60,000 nt of DNA from Schmidtea polychroa (lineage: Eukaryota). The position numbers and the translations under genes are program-made. The DNA lies in contig CM097885.1 of the NCBI GenBank assembly GCA_044892525.1, forward strand, positions 23,562,001 through 23,622,000, written 5' to 3'. The notes beneath the pieces were generated by a model, which saw only the letters and a program-made list of their open reading frames with translations, had not been told where the DNA came from and ran no database searches. Each line of letters opens with the position of its first letter. Positions within the stretch are counted from its first letter, which is position 1. Positions 30,361-44,760 of the stretch are shown piece after piece.

Positions 30361-31119
30361 TTTTGATATAAACAATGATGAGAAATTATTGTATGGTCTA
30401 TGAATTTTGTTAATGTTTCACAGACAGACACAACTTTTATTCCATACATTTCATCAAATGTATTTATACATGCCAGGCTTAATAGTATTTATATAAGGTT
30501 CTAGACTCTTGGAAAATTGAAACATTTCTCGAAAAGTTAATTAAATTATTAAAATAAATAGCATTTTCAATTAAAAAAAAACATTAAATAGAAAATGTCC
30601 CCATAAACACGTAAAATATTTCATTTAGTCAATTGATGCCAAATTTAACTGAGCCGTGAGATGCGTTATTAATATAAATGAAGTGAAACATAAAATCCTT
30701 GAAAATATATTAATTTTTAGAAAATTAATTATAATTAAAAATATAATTAAAACCATAATCACAATTCCTATTTCCAAAAAACGAAATATTTATTCCCCGA
30801 GAGATTTCCATGAGTTTTCTCTAATTATTTCTAATTAATTCCTACAACTAAGTTTTCGTTTTCAATAATTTCCATAAGCCAGAAATTCTTCATATAGTTT
30901 ATTTTCCACAATAGTTACGATGAGAACATTTTGCATTCGATGTCAGTAAAATTATTTCTGCCGTATTTGCGCTCGAATGTCTTGGTAACGTACTAAAACA
31001 GCATCATGAAAATTAGAAGATACTAATATTTTGTTTTAATTTTTTAAATTTTCGAATGACTCATTTTTAACTAGAAATCGTATTAGAATTTATAAACATT
31101 AATAATTATAATAGTAATA

Positions 31120-31470
<351 letters not shown>

Positions 31471-32259
31471 GATACAATAATTATTATTATGATACAATAA
31501 AATTTTAAATCTATACAATTAATTGCCAATTACAAAAAACTCTTTAATATAATCAAAAACATTTTCAATTTACTTGTTGGCGGATGAAAGCATGGGAAAA
31601 CTGTTCTATCATTCATTGCAAATGCATTAATAATGAGCAAAATACTATATACTTTTTGTCTGTTTGAAAATAATTTTGTTGAGAAATTAAATTTACAGAC
31701 CTGAGTAAAATATCATATCCCAATGGGCAATGGGGTATGGGCAATGATTGACAATGTATAGAATTCATGTCTTTTATGGTTGATTTTTCATGGGTAGGAC
31801 AAGTTTTTTTTCTAACAATTTCTTTATTGAAATTATTCTTTTTTACAATGTAAACTTTTTTGCTGTTCCTGTTTTAGCTCTTTTGTGTTGATATTAATTT
31901 TATTTCAATAATGTCTTCATTTTTATTACAAGTTTGGCTCTATATTCCTAATTTCATTACATATCAACTGAAAGCTATTCATAGAAATTATTTTCATCTC
32001 AAATCTATTAACTCATCAATTACTAAAACATTTCCAAAATATCCCTTTATTGTTTTAATTTCATTTTTCTTTTTGTAAAACTAGTAAATCTACTGCATCA
32101 TATGTCAAACAAAGTGTCAAAATGTCTAGAGTTATCAGAATTTGTTTTTTATTTACAATTAACTAACAAAATTTTGATGCGTCACTTTGTCAGTAATTGC
32201 ATTGAAAATTTCATTTTAAATTTAATTACTTTGTTCAAAATATCTAAATTTAAATAATG

Positions 32260-32416
<157 letters not shown>

Positions 32417-32834
32417 GTCGAAATTCTGATCATTGATAAATAACCAATAATTAACACTAAAGTAGAAATCAGTGAAAACCAGTTTTTGAATCTTTTAAAA
32501 ATAAATAAATTTAAGTAAATAAAAATAAATTTAAGGAATAAAATAAAAAAACAAGTTGTTAAATTTGAATTACTATTTTTTGAAAGAGTTGATTTATTTT
32601 AAAAAGAAAAACCTTTTGAAAACTTTCAGTAATTTTAAAATTGTAAAATTTATATTTTATTATATTTTTAATTTAAATTTTATTTAAAACAACAAAAAGG
32701 GCAGAAATGGAATGTTAAAGAAAATCAACAAACAATTCAGACATTGTAAAGGATTAACTTATAATCGAAAATTTTGTCATTTAATATAATATATATTCTG
32801 CAATGAAGACTTATAATATCATTTACTTGTTTAA

Positions 32835-32945
<111 letters not shown>

Positions 32946-32970
32946 TATTATTTTTTTATTTAATTTTTAG

Positions 32971-35658
32971 ATGAAACAACTTGAGGGTAAAATTATATTA
33001 TTTCATTTAATATGTGGATACTTGCCTTCAATTATTAGTACCCAGGAAATAACATTCCATATGATGGAAGAAAATAAAAGAGGATTAATTCTTGGAAATT
33101 TAAACTATTTCATTTCTAGTAAATTGAAAACGGATCCGAAAATCACAGAATTTCATGTGAGCAGTAAATATTTTGAGATCGAGAACCAAACGAAGAACGT
33201 CCAAATGATCTCATCGATAGATCTCGACACGATTTGTTCCACAGATTCCGAATGTTGTGACAAAGAGAAATGTTTGATCGAAACAAAAGTTGTTGTACAG
33301 GAGAATAGTCAATATAGATCATCATTTTTACTGAAAGTCGAAGTAAAAGATCTTGACGATAATTTCCCTTTATTTCAAGACGAAAAACAAATAATAAAAC
33401 TATCGGAAAAGATTTCAATGAACACATCAATTTCAATTGACGGAGCGATGGATAAAGACTTTTCAAAAATAAATCAAAAGAAAAACTATCAGTTCTTCGA
33501 CGAGAGTATGACCTTTCAACTTGTTGTCCATCAATATGATCCAGATATTCTATCAATTATGGTAATGAGGAGTTTAGATTATGAATTGAAACAGATCTAT
33601 TTTTGTAAACTAAAGGTCTGTGATAAAACTTATCAGAATTGTGTTAGGAAATCGGTAATAGTGCAAGTTGTCGATGAAAATGACAATGAACCAATTTTTG
33701 AAGAAAAGAAATATTTGGTGAAAATTCCTGAAAGTTATCCGATTGGAAAGAAAATTCTCAAGGTCATAGCAAAAGACGCAGACAGTTCGTCGTATAATAA
33801 AACCTTTTATGGATTCCAAAGCGATTATAATGTTAAATCAATTTTTAATATAGAAAAGGAAAGTGGAGTGATAAGCTTGAAGCAAAGCCTTTCTATTAAT
33901 AAAAAGACTCGATATTCATTTACAGTTTATGCAATAGACGCTTTGTCGGTGACATTCAAAAAGGATTATGCTGATGTCGAAATTGATATTGAAGATGTAA
34001 ATGATAATTATCCCATAATATCCCTTCTCCATGGATTTATGCCCGACCCATATTCAATTAAAATTGATGAAAATACACCTCCAAAAACATTGTTCTCTAT
34101 CCATGTTTCCGATAAAGACACCGGCATCAATGCAATTGTAAATTGTTCCCTTCGTGTTCGAAAAAATGATCTATTAGAAATGATTAAGGCCGACCTTGAA
34201 ATATATCAAATCCGCACTGTTAGATCTTTTGATTATGAAACCCTACAAATGATCAAGGCGGAAATTCTGTGCATTGATTTCGGAAGTCCACCTCTTTTAT
34301 CGAGAAAGGCGATTAAAATTATTATAGTCGACGTAAACGAATTTGAACCATCTATAAGAAATAATGTTGAGGAGTTTTCGTTGAAAGAAAACATACCCGA
34401 AAATAAATTTGTCATGACTATTGACGCCACGGATAGAGACAAAGGTGCAATTTTGAGATACTCATTGGATGAAGTAGGAAGGATTTATTTCACCATAAAT
34501 TCCAGAACCGGGGATATTATTACGTCGAATGTGACACTAGACAAGGAAATTAACGACAGTATAAAATTCAAAGTCTTCATCACTGACAGTTTAATAAATC
34601 CGCATACAGCTACAGTCTTTGTCACTGTCACAATTACAGATCAAAATGACAATGGTCCTCAGTTTATTCACACATTACCCTTTACCATCCAAGAAGGATT
34701 GCCTTTTTATTCTAAATTATCAACAAGAATTGAAGCTAAAGATGCTGACAAAGATGAGATCAATCATTCTATCATTTTTCGATTACTTCATACTTATAAT
34801 TACAAAATGGAACTACTTCACGAAAAGATTTTTGATGTTACTTCAAAAGGTGAAATCGAAACTGTTGTAACAATAGATCGGGAAAAGGACAGTAATTATA
34901 CTTTGACAATTTTAGCACAAGACAAAGGAAACCCTCCAATATCAACTTCAACAAATATAACAATAACAGTGATAGACGTGAATGACAATGGCCCTGTTTG
35001 GGTTTCTCCATCTTCATTGAATTCATCAGAACCAGAAGCCAGATTCAACATTTCTAAAGAGGCAGCAATCGGATCTACCGTAACACAACTGAAAGCATTC
35101 GATCAAGATCAAGGTGATTTTGGAAAAGTAAGTTATGTTATTATGTCCACCGAGTCTCATTATCAAGGAGAACAATTCTTAACTTTAAATGAAACATCGG
35201 GAATATTAAGCATTAATCAGCATCCTTTATCATATGGTAAAACACTTCTTAAAATAAGTGCCCATGACCATGGTCATCCTCCATTAAAGAATTATGCTAC
35301 CCTAATTATAAATGTTCAACAGCTAAATGACAATCTATTCAGTGGATTGAATATGGCAATAATTATCGGAATGCTCTCTATCACTGCCCTTATCTCAATA
35401 TTCCTCATAATTGCTATCTTCTTTATTCGACGTAGCCCAAATCCTCCCAGACATTATAGAAATTCTAGTCAAAACATCAGAAAAGAGTGTGAAAGCAATT
35501 TGAAATCATCCTACAAAGATCTTGTAGATTATAATGATAAAAAAGAATCGGTCTTTACAGATAATGACTGTCATCATGTATATTATCGTAATGGAAATAT
35601 AGATTCCAACCTTGCTATGTATTCTCAATCTCCAGTAGAGGTCAGTGCCTTATTTTAA
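32971..35658 (+). CDS. Protocadherin with 7 extracellular cadherin repeats (delta-1-like architecture), large ectodomain exon. The true exon probably ends at 35640.
   Basis: 895-aa ORF: N-terminal signal peptide; Cys-containing EC1; linker motifs DLDDNFP, DENDNEP, DVNDNYP, DVNEFEP, DQNDNGP, DVNDNGP; AxDxD and LDYE/DRE motifs; DxGxPP; TM LNMAIIIGMLSITALISIFLIIAIFFI followed by RR. A donor-like GAG|GTCAGT lies at 35640/35641. Confidence 0.96.
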   Translation: MKQLEGKIILFHLICGYLPSIISTQEITFHMMEENKRGLILGNLNYFISSKLKTDPKITEFHVSSKYFEIENQTKNVQMISSIDLDTICSTDSECCDKEKCLIETKVVVQENSQYRSSFLLKVEVKDLDDNFPLFQDEKQIIKLSEKISMNTSISIDGAMDKDFSKINQKKNYQFFDESMTFQLVVHQYDPDILSIMVMRSLDYELKQIYFCKLKVCDKTYQNCVRKSVIVQVVDENDNEPIFEEKKYLVKIPESYPIGKKILKVIAKDADSSSYNKTFYGFQSDYNVKSIFNIEKESGVISLKQSLSINKKTRYSFTVYAIDALSVTFKKDYADVEIDIEDVNDNYPIISLLHGFMPDPYSIKIDENTPPKTLFSIHVSDKDTGINAIVNCSLRVRKNDLLEMIKADLEIYQIRTVRSFDYETLQMIKAEILCIDFGSPPLLSRKAIKIIIVDVNEFEPSIRNNVEEFSLKENIPENKFVMTIDATDRDKGAILRYSLDEVGRIYFTINSRTGDIITSNVTLDKEINDSIKFKVFITDSLINPHTATVFVTVTITDQNDNGPQFIHTLPFTIQEGLPFYSKLSTRIEAKDADKDEINHSIIFRLLHTYNYKMELLHEKIFDVTSKGEIETVVTIDREKDSNYTLTILAQDKGNPPISTSTNITITVIDVNDNGPVWVSPSSLNSSEPEARFNISKEAAIGSTVTQLKAFDQDQGDFGKVSYVIMSTESHYQGEQFLTLNETSGILSINQHPLSYGKTLLKISAHDHGHPPLKNYATLIINVQQLNDNLFSGLNMAIIIGMLSITALISIFLIIAIFFIRRSPNPPRHYRNSSQNIRKECESNLKSSYKDLVDYNDKKESVFTDNDCHHVYYRNGNIDSNLAMYSQSPVEVSALF

Positions 35659-36599
35659 TTGATTTTAATATATTTTCACATATCTTCTTCTATTTCCTCC
35701 TTTATCTTGGACTCCATATACTATATATAATATCCAATAAACGGATTGAGAATTAACATCTTCTATAATCGAGTTTGGTAAAAGTCAAAATCTATTTATT
35801 TAATGTCTAAACGGTATTTGATATTAATTATTTACAAAATGTCCAATTTTATTATCATTCAAACATTTTTAAATTTATAAATTTCTATTAATTTTATAAT
35901 ATATGTAACACACAAACTTGAAATAATTTCACTTATTAAGCATAGGGAAGATAATGAAACATTTAAACACAACACACAAATTCCTGTATCAAAAAAATAT
36001 TTATAACATTTAAAAGAAAATAACATTTTTTAAAAGAAATTATCCATTAATAATTTTCATTTTATTTTTAAAATTATCATAGTCACGAAAAATTCTCGCA
36101 AAAATTTACATTTATATTAATAAATAATAAGTGATATGTCAAAGCATTAATTTATTCATTAATGCCTACAAAACAAACTATAAATTCAATAATTTTCATA
36201 TTAATATTTGTGAGACTATAGATCAAGACAATAAATAAGGTAGACGATATTTTGTCATAGGTTTTATCAATTGTGTATTTAATACACACATAATAAATAC
36301 ACACCGCTAGCAATGGAGACTTAAATAAATTCCAAATTTAATGCGTTATAAGCAGAAAAATGTATATACGACCCTAATACATGCACCATGCATATTAGTT
36401 GCAAGAAACAAAACCACATTCAAAATTACACTTAAGTACTTAATTTTGAGTTAATTACTCGTTGATGTATTTTTTATAATATTACAGAAAATACTAAATG
36501 TAAATTCCATGCAATCTATTTTCTACGTACCTTTCCTTAATTTTTTAAATATAATCTTAAATATATATTATAGCCGTTATTATTAGCATTAATGTTTAT

Positions 36600-36705
<106 letters not shown>

Positions 36706-37119
36706 GATCATCATCCTCATTGAAAAAATGGATAAGTTAATTAAAGAAAATTTAATATAGAAATAAATAATATTTGGTTTCTGTAACTTGAAAAAGCATT
36801 ACAGAAATTGTCAATAGCCAACAATCAGCGAAATAAGTAACAACAGAAACCCATTAAACTACGAATAATGGAATATATATTTCATTAAAAGAATTGAAAA
36901 GTTTCACTTTTGACGAAGACAAAAGAAACAATATAAGAATTTAAGGAGAACAATGGGCAAAGGAAATAAATAAATGAAAATAAATACAAAAACTTTAATA
37001 GCTGGACTTAATTGGAGTTTAAATGAATTAAAAACTGTAAGCAGCTTATAATTATTTTTCTTCAAGTAAAACGATCCATATTAATTTAATATTTAATAAT
37101 ATATATTTTAAATTTATTG

Positions 37120-37211
<92 letters not shown>

Positions 37212-37220
37212 AGTATAAAA

Positions 37221-37415
37221 TGATGATTTCTTGGTAGCAGCATTTATTATCTAAAACAATAAAATGATAATTTAAGCCTTTTGCTGCAAATAATGTATTT
37301 AATGAAAAGATTTTCGACTATAAGATAGATTGACAAGGACTATCTTATAGTCGAAAATTTTTCATTAAATACATTATTTGCAGTAAAAGGCTTAAATTAT
37401 CATTTTATTGTTTTA
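37221..37415 (-). repeat. Rearranged copy of the 15991-16135 unit forming a ~77-bp-arm palindrome
   Basis: Arms 37252-37328 and 37340-37415, loop ATTGACAAGGA. Confidence 0.9.
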
Positions 37416-38043
37416 TTATTATTATTATTATTGCAAATGTTATGTATAAATATTTATATTTTATAATAAAATTTGACAATAGAAATGTAAATGTTACAAA
37501 TTTCCGGTAGAAATTTCGACATTGCTGGGTCTTATGCTATTGTTTACGAAATATTTTAATGAAATTTCAAGTGTAAAATTGTATCATTGTTTGTTGTTTT
37601 TACCATTTGTTGATTATAAATTATGCATAATACAATTACAATTAATGATTAATAATAGACCTGATCTGATGATCTGTTGCAAAATTAATTAAATTCTAAA
37701 TATTATTTTGATATAAACAGATTAATAATAGTCAAAAATTGAATTTTACAAGAAATGCTATTTTAATAAATTGGCTAGGGAAAACAATTTAATTTTATTA
37801 TATATTTTGTTTAAATTACGATCAGATAAAAACAATAAAATGTGCATTTCTAATATTACATTACTCCTTTGAATATATCGCTTGTTTTATTTTTAAGAAT
37901 TCTAATTGATAAAATTTTTAATTCATTGTTTTTATCAAAATTCCGTTAATTTAAAAGTAATTTGAAATGAATTAAAAATTTTAAAAATCATTTAGGCCTT
38001 TTGTTATTTATTATTTTAAAAACTACATATTACAATTTTAAAG

Positions 38044-38090
<47 letters not shown>

Positions 38091-38809
38091 CTTTAATATT
38101 AAGTGAAAAAGAATTTTATGTGAGGCAATTCAATCACAATCCCCACAACTAATATTCAATAAACAATTAAATTATTGAGATTATTTAGTTAACTCATTAA
38201 ATCCTAAAACCAATTCACTATATACATGTTAATTAATTATTAAGGTTTAAAAAGACATGTCATTCAAAGGAAATATGTCTCAAGACACCTGGAGTGCGTG
38301 AATGTTACAATTCGCAATATTATAAAAATATAATAATTATACAAACAACTGTTTTTCTTGAAAAACATGAAAAATATTCTCTTAATTCAAAAATTTCAGA
38401 GTATCTCTATCAACATTTGCCATATTATTATATTATTAAATGTTATAATCTATTTCTCTAGTTCTATCTATTTATTTTTTCTTCATTATTTATTTTTATT
38501 TTCAACATTTATTTTGTAGAAAATTAAAAAGGGTCAATGTATTTTTATCTTGAAAACTATTTACACACGATCCCTTTATGATAAAAAGTAGTATATCAAA
38601 ATTCTGATCTTTTTTTATTTTGATTATTTAAAGAATTTTTCAAAATTTTAAAAACATTAAATTTTTAGAAGATATTATTATCTTTTCTAAATATAATAAT
38701 AAGAAACTACAATTTCTATGGAGAAGTCCAAGATTAATTGTGTTGATTTTATTTCATTTTAAATTTTAAATAAAAAGAATGTAAATAAAAATTAAAACTT
38801 TAAAATATT

Positions 38810-39811
38810 TGTTGAGGATACCTAATTAACAAATTTACGAATAAATAGATAAAATTATTTAGGGTAAGATCGTCATAACAAACGGGAAGATTTAAAGGAA
38901 CTCGGAGAAGGAAACGAAAGTAAAATGAAATGGAAAATGAGAAAAAGAAATTAAACGGAAGAAAACAAATAAAAGCTAAACAAAGGTCATTACTAATTAA
39001 TTAGTACAAAGAAGAAAAGGAATTTCAATTCCAAAAACAGAACAAGAGGAAAAAGGAATATCTTGACAGCTTGTCAAAGATATTGGAATTGCCGGGAGAA
39101 GTCGGCCTAATAAAAATGGGAAAAAGCAAAAGATATCTCGACATCTGTCAGAGATAAAATGGGAATAGTCGGGAAATAAGGGAGAAAGAGAAGTGGGAAA
39201 CACAAGATTATCTCTAGTGCCACAAATGAAACGAACTATATAAAGAGGAACTGTTGGCCGAGAAATTGACAAAAATCAGACAAAAATTTAGACAAAACTT
39301 AGACAAAAACGAACGGAAAACGAGGCAAGAGTCTACAGAAAAGGAGATAAAACTAACGGAGAAATTGTGGAAGAAATTTATAGAAGTCATTGAGTCGAGT
39401 ATTCGTTGGAAAACGATTTGTTGGAGAATAATTGCTGGCAAAGATTTTCAGAAAAGAATTAGTTGAGAAATAAACGAATAGAAGTTATTTGAATATTTGA
39501 ATAAAGTTGTCGAAGAAGATCAAAGAAAACAACCAACTAAAAGTTCTAGTCGATAAATCAATCAGTAGTTAATGATCTTTCAATCCGGTGTTGTACACGA
39601 GTGCTATTCCTTACCGAGAGTTGCAATAAGCATTGTTATAGTAACCGAGCCGAGTGTTGAATTGATTTTCAGTGTAATGTGAAAATTATTTGTGATTAAC
39701 AATAAAGATTTCTGTTGTCAAGTGTTATTTGTGGGTCAGTCAAAGACACGCTTGGAGTCAGAGTAAGAATTATAACTTTACAAATATTATTACCAACCCA
39801 ATAACCCAACA
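38810..39811 (+). mobile_element. Solo LTR (Gypsy-type), about 1.0 kb
   Basis: TGTTG...CAACA termini, 4-bp TSD TATT (38806-38809, 39812-39815), purine-rich U3-like region, TATATAAA near 39237, AATAAA at 39701. Confidence 0.75.
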
Positions 39812-41454
39812 TATTGAATATTCCAGAGAAATAGAAAAATAAAGGTTTTTGATTCAATATTGTAAATTTATCTTTTTATTTGTAAGGAAAAAAATTTGTT
39901 ATTTACTTAATACATAAATATTTCCTATAATTTTCATTGGCATTTATTATCATTTACGCAATCATTTAATAATATAACAATACTTGAAAAATGTAAAATA
40001 AAGTTAATAAAAACAATTAAAAAAAGTGTAATGCAAGTAATAAATCTTTTCCGTAGGTTTTGGAAAGTTTAAAAAATCTTATTACATATATATATTCACT
40101 AAAAAAAGAGTATTAAATCAAACAAAAAAATTAATCGATAAAGACTAATTAAAACAAGCGTTTATTGAAAATTGCAATAACGCTATTTAGTAGAATATTT
40201 TCGTGTTATATTTTGAAAATTATTTGAATCCAGCTCCTAGACCGACTTTCGTTTACGTTTTGTTGACGAATCTCGTTTGAATTTCCGGATCCTCAAATAC
40301 AGAGAAATTGTATTTTGCCATATAATTATTCCTATTCGTGTTTGTTAATTATTCAAAAATGAAATTTTCTTTAATTAAAATTTAATTTTTGTTTTATTGG
40401 TCTGAGATTTTTGATTTAATAATTAACTTGTTAATGTAAAATGTTTATAATTAGGTCAAAAGACATTTTGAAGTTTAAAGGGGAAAATATATTTTCAATA
40501 GTTATTTTTTTAATTTTTAAGATTTATTTTGAATAAACTATTTATTTAATATCCAAAATAGGGGAGAACAAGACAATTAATATTAGTTCCTTTTGGGGCA
40601 AGAGGCATGGTATTATCATTTGGAGATAACTTAACAGTCTGTCACAAAGGGTTTTTGAAGGTTCAGGAAATCATTATATATATTTATGTGTGTGTGTGTT
40701 ATTTTAAAATACTTCTTGCTTATTTTTTAAATAAAACGACAAGTACCGATCTCCAACTTCCAGTCCACAAAAATCTAAATCCCATCACATTGAATTTTTA
40801 CTTTGAAATTGACTGTTTTCTAATCATAATTTATTGCATCTGAGATTCCACAAAATTCCTGTCAACTCTCTGATTGGCAATATCATCTTTCGAGCGGATA
40901 TTCAAGCCGGAAATAATGATACTCGATCATCGAATTATTTTGAAATTAAAACAAAAATTTTCTTTACATATACTAGCTTAGAAAAATCAATAAAATTTTA
41001 TAATTTTTCAAAACCAAATGAAATTAGGAAATTTTCCTCTCTATTGTTATTATCAGTAATTATTATGATACTATTTTGTTAGCTAAAAATTAAAAAAAAG
41101 AAAAATTAATTGTGTTTAAATGTTTACAAAATAGCTATTATTAATACTATTGTGAGTATGTGTGTGTGTTTTTTGTAAATGTCTTTAAATAAAGTTTTTT
41201 GTAATTTAAGAATGTTTACTGATTAACCAATGCTTTTTTGAAAATAGAATATAAAGAAGTTAATTCATAATTGTTTACTCTCTTTCGTTGTAAATATTAT
41301 GGAGTACCGGAAAGTATGTAGATAATTTATAATAATTTCTATAATTAAACTTTTTTATTGGTAGCATTATTATATTATTTACAAATGATAATTATAATAT
41401 TCAATGATAGCTCATCAAATAGGGGAATGTGAAAACATACTGTTATTATTATTA

Positions 41455-41540
<86 letters not shown>

Positions 41541-43689
41541 TCGACCTAAGATATGCATAGCACTCAAATGTAAATTTTATTTGTTATTTCTTATTTCCAA
41601 ACATGGTGTATGACATGGTGTATCTTTGCCTAACCCTCAGTATAATTTTATAAACCTTAAGCCATATAGTCTAAGGGAAATTTAGTTAAAAAATCTAGCC
41701 TTTGTAAAATTAATTTCGATTTAGGTCATAAAGTTATATAGTTACTTTTTCAAAAACTTGAATATTGAGTAGGTTATATTATCTAATGACACTACAAGAT
41801 AAAAAATTAAATCTTACTTTTGTAGTCAATTTTATATAGAAAAATTATTTTTATATTACTTTCATTTTTGAAATTTTTCACTTGAAACTTTTTGTTGACA
41901 ACTCTCATTATTTATAATATTGTTGTTTTAATTCAGCAAATACTTTTTGATTGTTTTTATCGTTTTGATTTATTGTTTTTTTTCTGGCAGATTTTGACGC
42001 CGACATGAAAGGTGATTTGATTGAAATTAATTAAAGATTTATAGCTAAATTTGTTTTCCAGTAAAACTTTAAGTCGAATATTGAAAGAGTATTTAACCAT
42101 GAGAAAAATTGGTTTACTTTTAATTATCACAGTTATACCTAAATTTTATATGAGAATATTATTTAAAAATATTCTGTTTTAAAGTATTTAAGTCTGTTTT
42201 ATTAAAATAAAATCTTTAATCATAAAGTGCTATTTTTACATTGTATATTATTTAAGCAGTAAAATGTGAACAGTACTCGATCTATGCACACGTACACTAT
42301 TGTGGCATGCAATTAAAATCACGTGAATAATGACACCCGGTTTTCTAGTGTGTGTAATTTTGGCACATTCATGGAATTTATTTTTGGAATTTTATTTTTG
42401 AAGCCATTTTATTAAAATGTAGTTATACTTAATTTATTTTACAAATAATTTAAACGTAGCCTAATTTATTTTCAAGTAATAATTTAATTTTAATAAAAGT
42501 TTAAAAATAGTTATTTTTACATGCTGTTAATGAATTTATGAATGAATTTTAATACTACATTAAATGAGTACGTTTATTAGATATTAGTAAATAATTATCA
42601 AGTTTTTAACCATGTAAGTATTTATATTTTTACCGGGGATTTTTTGGAGAAAAGTCTACCTTAAGATTCAATTTTGTATATTTAAAAAAAAATCATAATT
42701 TCGACCTTTATCAACTTTTTCATTAAAATGAGTTTTGTCAGATTTATTGAAAGGTGTAAAATTAAATCTAATTAAATTTTAAATTTTAAAATTAATTTAA
42801 AATTAAATTTTATTAAAAGTTATTACAAAATTTTGATAGCCAGTATTTAATTTAATATTAAAATTTACCAAGTTCCTAAGAAAAGACTTTGGAAATTTTT
42901 GTCTAAAAATTAACAGAATTTTGAAAACCTATTTTTGTAATTAAAAAAATAAAATTGTATTGTTAGATATTGTTTTGTTGTAATTTTGATTGACAACGGT
43001 GGAGAAATAGAATGTGATATAATTGCGGCTAAAATTTATCATTTAAAAGGATTTTTCTTAGAAATTACCATATTAAAGTCAATAGACCGCAAAGATAAAT
43101 TTGATCGTGTGTTTACATTAAGAATCATTTGAGGTGCGTAAATTTTTTTTCGTAAATGTTAAGAAAGTCATAATAAGAACGTTACTGAGTATATCAAGAT
43201 TTTCAAAATTAAAGTAAATTGGTCATTTTTATTTTACATTAAAGAAAATGGTATTCATTGAAACCATATATAAACCTGGACTGCTATTAAATACACTCAT
43301 AAATATATACAAATTTCAATCACTTGAAAAAGGCTGTGCCAAAATTTCGTGAATACCAAAAAAATATCGATATCTTACTGATTTAAAGTCAATATTTTTT
43401 AATAAATACAATGTCAATTGAAAATAAATCAGAGGTGAAAATTGAAAAATGTTCTTATTTATATAATCTAAATTTCTTACGAACCATTTGCCTAAAACTA
43501 TGTTACGCAAATTTGACTCAAAAATGATATGCTTATAACTGATTCAATTTGGGAATAGCGCAATTATAATATATGGAGTTAAATTAATACACTAATAATA
43601 ATATTCTTCACAATTAATTAATTAAATTAAATTAAAATATTCAAAAACTGTATATGTTATATATATTTTATAAAAGACTGTTTACATGT

Positions 43690-44760
43690 TGTTTATCTCA
43701 TATCCCCCAACAAATTCTTTAGGGTACTTTCAACCTACTTTGATCCATAATCAAAAATGTGCTATTTCTATTTTATCATATTGGGTATCTTGCCAATTTC
43801 CATATATTTCCCCCTCAGTTATATCCCCTAACTATCCTTTTCCATTATGATATCATCTGATCTACTCAGAATTATTTATATTTGATAATAATTTTGCTGA
43901 ATTATTCTTCCTTCCCTTTTTCACTGAAGCTTCATTGTCTACTTGTTTATTTTCTAAATAACTTCATCCGGTATTTTGCTTCCAAAGCTTTCTTCGGTTC
44001 AATTTCAGCAACAGCCCAATCTTCTAATACATTTTTGTTCCAGCTATTTTTATTGTAAATCTTTTCCTTATACTTTTTGATTTGTTTGACTTTATTTTGA
44101 CTTTATCTTTAATTTGCCTAATTTCATTTCTCAAACTTTCAATATTTCTTCCATGTTAGGTGTTTCAATTCTTCCTATTAACTCTCCCCTTCTTCGCAAT
44201 TTCCTTCATAAACATTATTTCAAAAGTCATATATCCAATAACTTTATAGACTGTATTTCTTAACCCATACTCAATCGTAAGTTTAACTCTCTCTCATTCA
44301 TTTGTTTTTGTTCGTACATTGTTGCCAATATCATACTTTTACTTGTTCAAAAAAGCCGTTCTTCCCATTAGATTGAGGATAGTTTGAAGATGTCACTATA
44401 TATTTAGTTCCAAGTATTCCGGAGAATTCTTTAGACATCTTAGCTTCAAAATTTGTTCCTTGGTCAGAATGCATTCTTTCTGGAATTTCTAACTTTGTTA
44501 TTTATTGTTCTCATATCACTCTTGCTACATTCTTAGCTGTTATTTCATTCAAACCTTATAAGCCAAGGTAACTTAAAAAAGTAATTAATAATTCCAAGAA
44601 TAAGTGGGTTTCTTTCTTATCATAGGTAAAGTACTTGAGATATCGAGGCTTGTATTACTCAGTTGTGATTTTCTTTCGCTGCACTCAATGTTCTTTCAAT
44701 ACTACGGGATCCGTATGTTGTGTCCAAGACTCTTTCATATTTGATCAATACAACGACTGT
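43690..44760 (-). pseudogene. Decayed Ty3/Gypsy integrase fragment
   Basis: Minus strand KLEIPERMHSDQGTNFEAK (about 44440-44495) and, frameshifted, TSSNYPQSNG (about 44364-44395). Multiple stops. Boundaries are approximate. Confidence 0.85.

Noticed and set aside
33143..35026. Short antisense and alternate-frame ORFs inside the protocadherin
   Set aside because: Shadow ORFs with no recognisable motifs.
38997..39466. Short ORFs in a purine-rich region
   Set aside because: Compositional by-products of the LTR sequence.
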